From an uncultured Verrucomicrobiae bacterium (GTDB taxonomy: Bacteria > Verrucomicrobiota > Verrucomicrobiia > Chthoniobacterales > UBA10450): 64,000 nucleotides of DNA. The first letter of the stretch is position 1, and each line of letters opens with the position of its first letter. This document shows positions 53,417 to 64,000 of this stretch, one piece after another. Where the stretch lies: assembly GCA_963756875.1 (NCBI GenBank), contig CAVWPA010000001.1:576001-640000 (forward strand), in the 5' to 3' direction. Position numbers and translations under genes: made by a program. Under the pieces are notes generated by a model that was not told the DNA's origin, made no database searches, and saw only the letters and a list, made by a program, of their open reading frames with translations.

Positions 53417-55339
53417 TTATTTCACCGGCCTCAGCAGAAGTTCGGCAATTCGTCCGGATTGATCGAGCTTGGCGGCCGCAACCTCGAAACGGGCGCCCTT
53501 TGCTTTTGGATCGAGCGTGACGTTCACGATGTTCGTTCGCCATTTCAATATCAATCGCGCCACCTGAAAGGTCGGGGAGAGTTCCGCCGCGGCCAGTTCA
53601 AGATGCGCAAGCAACTCCACTGTCATCGGCGTGGTCCCGGCAGGCGTTAACTGCACCCGTGTACGGGCTTCGTTTGGGACAACGGAAACCCCGCCGATTT
53701 GGAAGGCACTTCGCGTTTGCGCGGGCTGAAAAGGCGTTGCCGTCGGAACGATCCGCACGGTTGCGATCCGGCCGTTGCCGTCCAACTCTGCCGCTCCCAG
53801 TTGAAATCCCATTTCGGAGGGAATCGCGTCACGCACCGCGGTGGATGGCAAATGCAGGGACGCGATAGACGAAGCGGGCTTCGCTCGAATGGCGCCCATC
53901 TGGAGCTGAGGCGTGAGGTGTATCGCCAATACCTCCAGAAAAAGCCCAAGGACAGTGTCGCTTGAATCGGCGGCTGCGACGGCCACTGTTGTTGAAGCCA
54001 CTGGCCTCTGGACTGGTGGGAGTTCAAGTTTTTCAGGCGCGAGCACGCTGCCGGCGACGCGGTGCGAGAGGGCGGTGAGCGATTCTCGAATTTTCGCCTT
54101 TATTTTCTCGGGCGCCACAGGGGCCGCAGCTGTTGCCGTCTTCGCTGCTGAAACCGCTTTTATGCTTGGTCGAAGCGCTGGCGGCTCGCCTGCCAAGGTT
54201 TGCTGCACAAGCTGAACCAGCGCGTCGGACAAAAATGGCTTCTCGATGGTCGCGACTATATTGCCAAGTTCCCCGGCGACCGCAGTCATTGCGGCTACAT
54301 GTCCGGACATCATTAGTACCGGGACATGAGCAGTCTTTTCGTTCTCGAGAAGACGCCTGCAAACCTCGTCTCCGTTCAAATCCGGCAGGCTGTAATCGAG
54401 CAGGACCAGGTCGGGATTAATTTGCTCGATCTGGCTTAATCCTTCAGTTCCGCTCAGGGCGGTTGTGATTTGCAGCTCGGGATCGGCCGTGGCGAGAACG
54501 TCCGCGACGAAGATGAGCAGCATTTCGGTATCGTCGACCACGACAATTTTCTTGCCGGTTTTGACGCGCGATCTCGCCGGGGGCGCTTTTTCGGTCGCCG
54601 CGATCGCGGCGGGCTCCGCAATTTTATTTTCGCGAAGCGCTTCGATGAAAATTGTTACCCAATCGCGATGGATTGTGCGACGTGGCGAAACCGAAGGATT
54701 CGGTTCGCTTACGCGCGCTTCGGTCCACGTCAGGATTTCGATCAGCGCATCCCGGCCGGCCAATCTGCCTGCTTCGGCATGTGAGATCTGGCCTTCCGCG
54801 ATATGAATTTTTCCCGACCGTTTTGCGCCCGCCTCGATATCAACGATTGCGGTCGTACCAGCCGCACAGTGTAAAAGCAAAATGTCGATCGGATTGAGCA
54901 CACTCAAGCTCCCGCGCGGGACGTCGGATTCGCGCCACGGACCGAGCACGGCCTGAACGGCTGCACCGAGGGCGGCCAATTCGAATGGTTTGTTAATGAA
55001 TTGCAGCGCACCGAAAGAACCGCGCTCGCTTGCAATCTCTTCAGGGATTCCCGCGCCAATTACGAGCACGCGGGCGGCCGGGTGTGCCGTTCGCATGTCC
55101 CACAAAAATTCCGTGATTCCCGCCCACGGAGGATCGGCGTCGATGACGAAGAGCTCGGGCCTGGTTTCAGCGGCGAGTTTTTCGGCCTCAGCCAACGACC
55201 GGGCGACAGACGTTTTGTGCTTCGGTGCGAATTTCTTCAGCGCCGAGCTAATCGCAGCGGCCAGCGCGTCGTACTCTTCGAGCAGCAGGATGCTACGCTG
55301 CGACCCGGTCCTGGCGGAAAGTGAATGAAGAGCAGGCAC
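53417..55339 (-). CDS. REC - DUF4388/PATAN-like - REC - duplicated unknown domain signalling protein
   Basis: Atypical REC; GKIHIAEGQISHA; canonical REC (VVDD, DYSLPD, KPF). Confidence 0.8.
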   Translation of the reverse strand: MPALHSLSARTGSQRSILLLEEYDALAAAISSALKKFAPKHKTSVARSLAEAEKLAAETRPELFVIDADPPWAGITEFLWDMRTAHPAARVLVIGAGIPEEIASERGSFGALQFINKPFELAALGAAVQAVLGPWRESDVPRGSLSVLNPIDILLLHCAAGTTAIVDIEAGAKRSGKIHIAEGQISHAEAGRLAGRDALIEILTWTEARVSEPNPSVSPRRTIHRDWVTIFIEALRENKIAEPAAIAATEKAPPARSRVKTGKKIVVVDDTEMLLIFVADVLATADPELQITTALSGTEGLSQIEQINPDLVLLDYSLPDLNGDEVCRRLLENEKTAHVPVLMMSGHVAAMTAVAGELGNIVATIEKPFLSDALVQLVQQTLAGEPPALRPSIKAVSAAKTATAAAPVAPEKIKAKIRESLTALSHRVAGSVLAPEKLELPPVQRPVASTTVAVAAADSSDTVLGLFLEVLAIHLTPQLQMGAIRAKPASSIASLHLPSTAVRDAIPSEMGFQLGAAELDGNGRIATVRIVPTATPFQPAQTRSAFQIGGVSVVPNEARTRVQLTPAGTTPMTVELLAHLELAAAELSPTFQVARLILKWRTNIVNVTLDPKAKGARFEVAAAKLDQSGRIAELLLRPVK

Positions 55340-55452
55340 GTCGGCAACGGCTCAAAATTACGAGAGTAGAATAAGCGTCGGGCATGGTCAAAGGAAACGA
55401 GTGCAAGTTGTGTGCCTCATGGCCGTAAAACGCCTGCCCGCCCCTGCGTATC

Positions 55453-56697
55453 TTATTCGTAGCGTAGCGCTTCGATTGGGTCGAGCGACGCCGCCCGATA
55501 AGCCGGATAAAGGCCAAAGCCGATGCCGATGCCCGAGCAGACGAGCAATCCGGCGATTGCCCAGCCAAAGGGGAAAATCAGCTCCGCTTTTAGCCAGGCG
55601 GCCAGCAAATCGCCGCCGACAACGCCGAGAACAATTCCTAAAATTCCGCCCGCTTCAGAGATGAAAACCGCCTCCGTCAAAAATTGCCGTAGAATGTCAT
55701 GGCTGCGTGCTCCAATCGATTTGCGCACGCCGATCTCTTTCGTCCGCTCGGTCACGCTCACCAGCATAATGTTCATGATTCCGATGCCGGCCGCGACCAG
55801 AGCGATAAAGCTGATGACAAATGCACCGATCCGGACTATGCCGGCGATCGAAATGAAAGCGGTTTTGAGCGAATCATTGGTGTAAATTTCGAAGTCATTT
55901 TCCTGGTTGGCGCGCAGTCCGCGCGCGATGCGAATCGCCCCGATGCCCCGATCGAATGTTTGATTGTAAAGTTCCCGCGAGAAGGGCTGGGTGGCGATGT
56001 TCACTGTCCGATTCGCTTCGCCGTAATTTTGAAAAAACCGCGTGATCGGAATGAGGCAGATGTCGTCCTGGCTTTGACCGAAAGCAGTCCCTTTTTCTTC
56101 AAGGACGCCGATCACCGTATAAGTATGACCGGTGACCCTGATTACTTTGCCAATCGGCGTTTCATGCGGGAACAGAGTTTTCTCAACGTCTTTGCCGACG
56201 ACAATAACGTTGCGCGCAAGATCGACATCTTCGTCGGTCAGGTTGCGGCCGTAGGCGATCGTGTAGGCGTTGGAGGCGAGGAACCCTCGATTTGTTCCGA
56301 CGAGCTGCAGGCTCGGTGCTGTCTTGACACCGTGATAAACGGCCTGCCCTTTCAGGTCGCGTCCAAAAGTTTTCAAACAAATCTCTCGCGCGCTTCCTTC
56401 CATCAGATGGTAATAACGCAGGGCCTCCCGGTAGGTAATATTTCGGCGGTTCTGATATTTTTTCTGCACATTGCCGCCGCCCGCATCCACGTTCACCGGA
56501 TATTTGGCAAACTGGAAAACATTCGAACCAAGGAAGCTAATGCCGTTTTCAATCGAGCTTTGCAGCGCACCGACTGCGGTCATCACCGAGATCACCGAAA
56601 AAACACCGATGGTGATGCCAAACATGGTCAATCCCGAGCGCAATTTGTTCGTGCCTAACGAACTTAACGCCATGGTTATGATTTCGCGGAAACGCAT
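55453..56697 (-). CDS. MacB/FtsX-family ABC permease
   Basis: NKLRSGLT, GIMNIMLVSVTERTKEIG and DPIEALRYE motifs. Confidence 0.95.
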   Translation of the reverse strand: MRFREIITMALSSLGTNKLRSGLTMFGITIGVFSVISVMTAVGALQSSIENGISFLGSNVFQFAKYPVNVDAGGGNVQKKYQNRRNITYREALRYYHLMEGSAREICLKTFGRDLKGQAVYHGVKTAPSLQLVGTNRGFLASNAYTIAYGRNLTDEDVDLARNVIVVGKDVEKTLFPHETPIGKVIRVTGHTYTVIGVLEEKGTAFGQSQDDICLIPITRFFQNYGEANRTVNIATQPFSRELYNQTFDRGIGAIRIARGLRANQENDFEIYTNDSLKTAFISIAGIVRIGAFVISFIALVAAGIGIMNIMLVSVTERTKEIGVRKSIGARSHDILRQFLTEAVFISEAGGILGIVLGVVGGDLLAAWLKAELIFPFGWAIAGLLVCSGIGIGFGLYPAYRAASLDPIEALRYE

Positions 56698-56766
56698 CTC
56701 AGGGAAATCAATTTTCGAACTCCGAAAGAAAGATGGCAATTCGAAGTTGCGGCGTCATCCGGCCTC

Positions 56767-56826
56767 GCCCCGACAGAGCGGGGCGGCTACACCCTTGAGC
56801 TGTAGCCACGGCGCTCTGTCGCCGTG
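56767..56826. repeat. Divergent pair of GTAG-type REP palindromes
   Basis: Reverse-strand GTAGCCGCCCCGCTCTGTCGGGGC and forward GTAGCCACGGCGCTCTGTCGCCGTG. Confidence 0.8.
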
Positions 56827-56847
56827 TTTGAATTTCGAGTTTACTCA

Positions 56848-58098
56848 TCACTCATAGCGTAATGCGGCCACCGGATCGAGCCGGGAGGCCGACCAGGCAG
56901 GAGCAAAACCCGAAACCAGACCGGTTAGGACGGAAACCATGACGCTGCCCATGACAAGTCCGAGAGAGAAGCGGATCGGAAAATCGGGGAACGCTTTGCC
57001 AATTCCCGAACAGAATGAAATAGGCCAGAGTGAGGCCGATAAATCCGCCGAGCAGACAAAGCGCTGTGGATTCGATCAGGAATTGCAGACAGGATCGTGC
57101 GCCGGCGCGCTCCCAGCGCCTTGCGCGTGCCGATCTCTTTCGTTCGCTCTTTCACGCTGACAAACGTGATGTTCATGATCCCGATGGCGCCGACAAAAAG
57201 CGCAAGGCCGGTGATGAAGAGTCCGGCGATGGCGATTGAGTTCTTTACCGGGCCGAGCGTACTCTTGAACGCCTCTTGTTCGTTGATTGAAAAGTCGTCC
57301 TTCTTTTCCGGCGGCAATCCACGGACTCGGCGCATCAAGCCGGTCAGTTCATCTTTCGCCTCGGCCAGTTTGGTCTTGTCCTTCACTTTTACGCGAATAT
57401 CAGACTCACTTTTCGCGCTGAAGTACTTGTTGAATGCCGGCAGCGGCATTACGACCATCGAATCCCAGCTGAACAAACCCATAAAAGTTCCCTGCCGTGC
57501 GTTGACTCCAACAACTTTGAAAAGCTGGCCGTTGATCAGGACCGATTTGTCGATTGGGCTTTCCGATGGGAAAAGTGCGTCGGCCACATCGTAACCGATG
57601 ACGCAAACATTCGAGCCGCCGCGCGACTCCATGTCGTTAAAAAAGCGGCCTTCGGTGCAATCGACTGTCGAGGTAACGACAAAGTCGGAAGTGGTGCCGA
57701 GGACGAAAACGTTGTTTACCTCGTTGTCCGCGTATTTAACGCTGCGAATGAGGCTGGAGGTCGGGACCGCCACAATCAGATTTGAGTTGGGCGTGGCCGC
57801 GATCATGCGGTTGAGCGTCGGCGTAATTCGTTTCGATCTTTTTGCGATCGCGATAATTCCACCAGTCAGTCACCGGCTTCCACGGCCATTGGCCGACGTA
57901 CAGGACGTCGTCACCCAGCACGGACATGCTCTTGTCGAAGCCGGTCTGGATCCCGTTGATCGCCGTCCCCATCAAAGTGACTGCCACGATTCCGATAATG
58001 ACGCCCAGCGCAGTCAGAGTGGACCGCGTTTTGTTTGCGCGCATTTGAGCGACCGCGATCTTCCAACTCTCGGTAAGTTCGTAAACGAAACGTTTCAT
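56848..58098 (-). pseudogene. MacB/FtsX-family ABC permease, about 3 frameshifts as assembled
   Basis: NKTRSTLT, VSVKERTKEIG and LDPVAALRYE lie in different frames (shifts near 57812, 57090 and 57015). Confidence 0.88.
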
Positions 58099-58943
58099 GA
58101 CCCGACCGTGGCATCGGCTTCCAGCCGATCTCCCCTTGGCAGGACGCTAACGCCGCCAAGTCCGCCCTCATCGCTTTCGACGATGCCGTCGCGAAGATGA
58201 ACGGTGCGCCGAGCATGGCGCGCGATGTCCCGCTCATGGGTGACCAGAATGATGGTATTGCCGCGCTGATAAAGGTTTTCAAGCAGGGCCATGATTTCCT
58301 CGCCGGTTTTGGAATCCAGGTTGCCGGTCGGTTCGTCGGCCAAAATAATCGATGGCCGGTTAACAAGAGCGCGTGCAATGGCAACGCGCTGGCGCTGGCC
58401 TCCCGACAGCTCGTTGGGTTTATGGTGCATTCGGTCACCCAGACCAACATCGAACAGCGCCTGAATCGCCCGCTCTTCGCGGGTTTCCGGGTCGATCCCC
58501 GCATAGATCAGCGGCAACTCCACGTTACGCAGGCTATTGGCGCGCGGAAGCAGATTGAACGTCTGGAAAACGAACCCGATTTCGCGATTCCGGATCGCGG
58601 CAAGTTCATCGTCATCCATCTCGGCGACATTTCGGCCGTTAAATTCGTAACGTCCGGAGGTGGGAGTATCGAGACAGCCGAGCATGTTCATGAGAGTCGA
58701 TTTGCCGCTGCCGCTCGGGCCCATGACTGCGAGGTATTCGTTACGGTGAATTTGCAGCGAAACGCCTCGCAAGGCGTGAACGATTTCTTCGCCCATCACG
58801 TAATTCTTCGTGATGTTCTCGATATCGATGACCAGCGGACCGGGCGGTCGAACTGAGGCCTTACCCGGGAGTGATTCGAATCCCGGGTTTCCGATGTCAG
58901 ATCCCGGATTATTCTGAACCACGCTCCATGGGACCCCGGACAT
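58095..58943 (-). CDS. ABC ATP-binding protein (MacB/LolD type)
   Basis: [16 protein letters not shown] and DEPTGNLD motifs. Confidence 0.96.
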   Translation of the reverse strand: MSGVPWSVVQNNPGSDIGNPGFESLPGKASVRPPGPLVIDIENITKNYVMGEEIVHALRGVSLQIHRNEYLAVMGPSGSGKSTLMNMLGCLDTPTSGRYEFNGRNVAEMDDDELAAIRNREIGFVFQTFNLLPRANSLRNVELPLIYAGIDPETREERAIQALFDVGLGDRMHHKPNELSGGQRQRVAIARALVNRPSIILADEPTGNLDSKTGEEIMALLENLYQRGNTIILVTHERDIARHARRTVHLRDGIVESDEGGLGGVSVLPRGDRLEADATVGS

Positions 58944-60271
58944 TATTCGATCCTTCTTTGTCGATGGTCACTTTGGCGCCATTTTTGAGTTTACGACTAA
59001 TTGCGCTGTAGGTGCCGGAGATCACTTCGTCCCCCGGCTTGATGCCGTTCTTGATTTCCATGTAGGAATCGTCCGCGATCCCCGTGGTCACTTTGACCAT
59101 GTGCACTTTGCTGCCGTTTTTTAGAAAAACGACCTTCAAGAGTTTTTCCCGCTCTTCCTTTTGCGCTTTTTTCCTGGCGTTCGTTAGTTACTTCCGCGTT
59201 GTTGTCGCTTTTGTCGCGTGCCGCCATCTTCAGTTTGCGCTTCTCGATTTCCTCGGGGCTGAGATTGGTATCGCCGGTGCGAATGGTAACGCTCTGCAAC
59301 GGCACGGCCACGGCATTCTTTACCATGTTGGTCTCGATGTCCGCGGTGCAGCTTAACCCCGGCCGCAGACGCATATTTTCGTTCTGTAGATTGATTTTCA
59401 CTTCGAAGTTGGTCACTTCCTCCTGTGTGCCGGCTCCGGTTGTCTTACCCGTGTTCGCAATTTGGTGCCACGGTCCCGTTAAATTTCCGATCGCCATAAG
59501 CGTCGATCTTTACCGTCGTCTTGTCCCCGATCTTGACCTTGACGACGTCATTCTCGTTAACATCCACAACCGCCTGCATGTGCCCGAGATCGGCCACTCG
59601 CATCACTTCCGTGCCCGCGAATTGGTTCGTCGCCACCACCCGTTCGCCCAGTTTGCTGTTTAAAACTGTGACGGTTCCGTCCATCGGCGAGTAAATCGTC
59701 GTCTTCGAAAGTTCGTCGCGTGCTTGACTCGATCCGGCTTGCGCGCGTTCGATCTCGTGCAGCGAGCTTTCATAAGTGTTCTTCGCTACATCGTAAGCCG
59801 CCTGGGCCGCGTTGAATTCCTGCGCCGAAATCAATTTCTTATTGAACAGATCCTGGACCGTTTGAGGTCCTGGTCGACTTTCACCATGGTCGCTTTTTGC
59901 TCGAGGTTCGTTGCTTTGGCCGAGCTGATCGCCGCTTCCATGCTGCTCCACCTGCGCTTTGTAGGTATCCGGTTTGATTCGCACCAGTAAATCGCCCTTT
60001 TTCACCCGCTTCCCGTCTTCAACCGGGAGATCGATGATTTCGCCGGCCACTTCCGGGGAAATTTTGACTTCCGTTTCAGGCTGGATCTTTCCCGTGGCCG
60101 AAACCGTTTGCACAATGGTTCTGCGCGCCGCTTTTTCGGTCGTGACTGGGATCGGTTTTTCCCGTTTGCTCAAAATAATGGAAACAACGATCCAGAGGAG
60201 CAAAAGCCCAACGGAACCGAAGATAATGTAGCGCCTCCGGCGCGCCCGTCTCTTTTTTGAGTCTGCGACAT
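58909..60271 (-). pseudogene. Periplasmic adaptor (MacA/HlyD-type MFP), about 4 frameshifts as assembled
   Basis: GKIQPETEV, IYSPMDG and RPGLSCTADI motifs spread over three ORF fragments. Confidence 0.88.
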
Positions 60272-60375
60272 GATTTGGGGCGTGGATGCGGTTTGGTGCA
60301 TGAAATCCTCGGAATGGGGGAAAGAGCTCTCAAATAATCTCTATTTAGAGCTTTGCAAAGGAATGGTGTTCACAG

Positions 60376-61598
60376 CTACACGAGTATTGGATGCAGCGGA
60401 GGCCGGCATTTGGATTCAAATACTTCGCCATAGCCCAAGGCTGGTCCGAAGCGCTCCTGAATGTGCGTAATCGCCCATGCTGCGTGCTCCGCAATCAAGG
60501 GTTCGGGTCTTCGCTGGCGCTTTTGAGTGCCGGCAGGTCTGCGGCGGTTCCCACGTTTCCGAGCGCAACACAGACATTGCGTAAAAAACCTCGCCGTTTG
60601 ATTCGTTTAATTGGTGAATCGTGGAACAAATCGCGAAATTCCGTGTCTCGTTAGTCTCAAATAATCGCGGAGACGCAAACGAGAATGTCGGTCTGCTCGC
60701 CGAAAACGCGCTTTCCCGCGCGACTATGCGCAAAGCGATTCCATGGGCAGGCATCAAGGCAGTCGTCACAGCCAAAAATGCGGTCACCGATAAGCGGGCG
60801 GAATTCGAGTGGGATGGAGGTCTTGTGCTCGATGGTGAGATAAGAAATGCACTGACGAGCATCGAGACGATGTGGTGCGGTGATGGCGCCGGTGGGGCAG
60901 GCGTGATACAACGCTGGCACGTTCCGCAACGGTCGCGGTGCCGGCTGGTCGGGCGGGAGCACGAGCGTAGTTAGAATTTCCGCCAGAAAAAACCAGGTGC
61001 CGAGCCGCTCATCGATCAGCATGGTGCTTTTGCCGTGCCATCCAATTCCGGCGGCAGCCGCATGGTCCCGCTCCAATACCGGTCCGGTATCCACATAGCA
61101 CTTCTGGGTGCCGCCGCACGCGCTAAGAAAAGGTCGATTTTATCGAGCTTGGCGCGAGACATCGTGATAATCGTTGCCCCACGCATAACGCGCGATCCGA
61201 CCACGCGCTGCTTCTTCTGTGGTGGCAGCCGTGTCGGCGGCTGCTCTTCCGTTCCCTTGAAAATAATTGAGTGCCAGAACAATGATTGACTGCGCTCCGG
61301 GCAGGATCTTTTGAGGATCGCGGCGTTTTTCCGCGCCGCGCTGCATATAATCCATTTCGCCTTGCGCTCCTTCGCGGAGCCAGTCGCCAAACTCACGGGC
61401 GTGAGCCGGGGGAGCGCACATGGCGACACGACACGAATCGAAACCAATCTGGCGTGCGAAAGCGACCAGGCGTTCCTTGACCTCCTCATCCGGAATTCGC
61501 GGTGGCCCTGCAGTGGCCGCCGCCTTGCTCGCGAATCCTTTCGGAGTCTCTGGCGGCAACCTGTTTCCTCCCGTAGCGGCTTTTGTGCTTCCATTCAT
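60376..61598 (-). pseudogene. queG: Epoxyqueuosine reductase QueG, multiple frameshifts as assembled
   Basis: ARYAWGNDYH, DTGPVLER, AGIGWHGK, CISYLTIE and FGCDDCLDACPWN motifs in shifting frames. Confidence 0.9.
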
Positions 61599-62131
61599 TC
61601 CGTTGCCGTTGCAGCCAGCTCCTCAATCCTGCACAGGATCATCTCTGCGACTTCCCCATGGCTTAGCGACGAAGTATCCACCCGAAAATCGGCCGCGGCC
61701 GCATACAGAGGTTTGCGTTTTTTGAGAAGCTCCGAGAACGTTTTTCTCGGATGTTTTGTCTGTAACAAGGGTCGTTCACCGCGCCGGGAGGCTCTCTGGA
61801 AAAGGGTCTTCTCGTCGGCGTCGAGCCAGACAACCGCGCCGAGCCGCTTTAGAAAGTCGACATTCTCCGACCGTAGAACGACGCCACCGCCCGTCACGAT
61901 GATCGATGGCCGATCGGGCGACAATTGTCGAAGCATCTCCGTTTCAGCATCCCGAAACCATGCTTCCCCGTGTTTGGAAAAAATCTCCTGGATCGAAAGT
62001 CCAAATTTCGACGAGATCATTTCATCGGTGTCCGTTCGTGCGAGCCCCGTGCGTCGTTCGAGAAAGCGACCTACGGAAGATTTTCCGGCGCCCATGCAGC
62101 CGATCAGCACAATGGATTTGGCTGAGCTCAC
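61595..62131 (-). CDS. aroK: Shikimate kinase
   Basis: GCMGAGKS, GEAWFRDAE, TGGG and RPLL motifs. Confidence 0.96.
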   Translation of the reverse strand: MSSAKSIVLIGCMGAGKSSVGRFLERRTGLARTDTDEMISSKFGLSIQEIFSKHGEAWFRDAETEMLRQLSPDRPSIIVTGGGVVLRSENVDFLKRLGAVVWLDADEKTLFQRASRRGERPLLQTKHPRKTFSELLKKRKPLYAAAADFRVDTSSLSHGEVAEMILCRIEELAATATE

Positions 62132-62139
62132 ACCTTAAT

Positions 62140-62921
<782 letters not shown>

Positions 62922-62995
62922 AACAAACACAGTTACTACAACGAAATGGTACATCGCGCGTGCAATTTGCCGCATCGTTTCGCATTATGTCGGGA

Positions 62996-63751
62996 ATGAC
63001 CCAGCTCGCCGAAATTGTTAAATACACCGACAAATATCTGTGCGTTCGAACGATCGGCGACTGGGATAGAGCATTGAACGGTCTGCAGGTGGAAAACTCA
63101 GGTCGCGTGACAAAAATCGGCGCGGCGGTTGATGTTTCCACGCGCGTTCTGGCCAAGGCAGCCGGCGAGCGTGTCGATCTCCTGATCGTCCATCACGGTC
63201 TGTTTTGGCCGGGTTTGCAGCCGGTTGCCGGCGCCTTGTACCGGGGATTGAAAGTGGCGTTCGAGAACAATATCGCGGTTTACAGCGCTCATTTGCCGCT
63301 GGATGTCCATCCAAAGATCGGCAACAACGCGCTGCTTGCCAAAGCGCTCGGCCTGAGATCGACAAAACCGTTCTTTGAAGAAAAGGGAATGTTGATCGGC
63401 CTGAAGGCGCAGGTTTCCATCGGTCGCGACGACTTGTCGCGCCGGCTCGAGAAGTCGTTAGGCGCAAAAGTGAAAGCGTTTCAATTTGGCCCGAAAAAGA
63501 CCAAAGCAATAGGCGTTATTACAGGCGCGGGCGGCTCGGAAATCTACCGCGTCGCACAGGAAGGGATCGACACGTTTATCACCGGCGAAGCGCCCCATTG
63601 GGCTGCGGTAGCGGCCGGGGAGCTGGGAATTAATCTTTTGCTCGGCGGCCATTACGCCACCGAAACATTCGGCGTGAAAGCGCTCGCCGCCCACCTGTCA
63701 GAGCGTTTCAAATTGCCGTGGAAGTTTCTGGACTTTCCGACCGGCCTTTGA
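62996..63751 (+). CDS. Nif3-like dinuclear metal centre protein (YbgI family)
   Basis: NGLQVE, HHGLFW, HLPLD and GHYATE motifs. Confidence 0.95.
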   Translation: MTQLAEIVKYTDKYLCVRTIGDWDRALNGLQVENSGRVTKIGAAVDVSTRVLAKAAGERVDLLIVHHGLFWPGLQPVAGALYRGLKVAFENNIAVYSAHLPLDVHPKIGNNALLAKALGLRSTKPFFEEKGMLIGLKAQVSIGRDDLSRRLEKSLGAKVKAFQFGPKKTKAIGVITGAGGSEIYRVAQEGIDTFITGEAPHWAAVAAGELGINLLLGGHYATETFGVKALAAHLSERFKLPWKFLDFPTGL

Positions 63752-63921
63752 CTTTCGGTTTTAACCCTTCGCTTGCTCGGTTTGGCAGTTGGAGCGCCTA
63801 ATTGGCGGGCCCGAAGCGCGGCCCGGCCGGTATCCTAAGAAGATTTCGGCCGTCATTGGAATTTACCGATTGTGCAGTTGGGTGAGAATGGCCAATCATC
63901 AGCCCAAACCCAGAACTGACC

Positions 63922-64000
63922 ATGGAATGGCTGATACTGTTTGCCGTCCTCTTGCTTTGCGCTCCTTTTGTCATCTCGATTGTCTGCCTGGCGCGATTCG
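63922..64000 (+). CDS. Start of a membrane protein, truncated by window end
   Basis: MEWLILFAVLLLCAPFVISIVCLARF. Confidence 0.45.
   Translation, partial: MEWLILFAVLLLCAPFVISIVCLARF

Noticed and set aside
59150..59180. Programmed ribosomal frameshifting in the adaptor gene
   Set aside because: Several indels in the same and adjacent genes point to assembly error, not a single slippery site

Overview
Bacterial chromosomal segment of moderately high GC. Gene content and style suggest Verrucomicrobiota, probably Chthoniobacterales-like (inference, not a database result). In order: the 3' part of an RHS polymorphic toxin with a candidate immunity gene; queC-queF; apt; a haem operon (ccsA-like, hemA, hemC, cobA/hemD) running into an atypical GrpE + lid-less Hsp70 + J-like/FGE-domain trio; rpsU, secDF, yajC, tgt; the str-S10-spc-alpha ribosomal superoperon (no tuf, rpsN, rpmD, rpoA or rplQ, and one non-ribosomal gene between rpsS and rplV); trpF, an orphan secretin, an ECF sigma factor, mqnE-mqnA, an ABC/acyltransferase/glycosyltransferase-like operon, dedA, purB, a multi-REC protein, a MacAB-type ABC operon, queG, aroK, an internally deleted IS110 that keeps part of a probable bridge RNA, and a Nif3-like gene. 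Intergenic DNA carries several REP-like palindrome families and 6-8 nt tandem repeats, some of which contribute codons to genes. Single-base indels cluster at about 2.9-4.3 kb and 57-61.2 kb and are probably sequencing or assembly errors. No tRNA, rRNA or CRISPR array was recognised.
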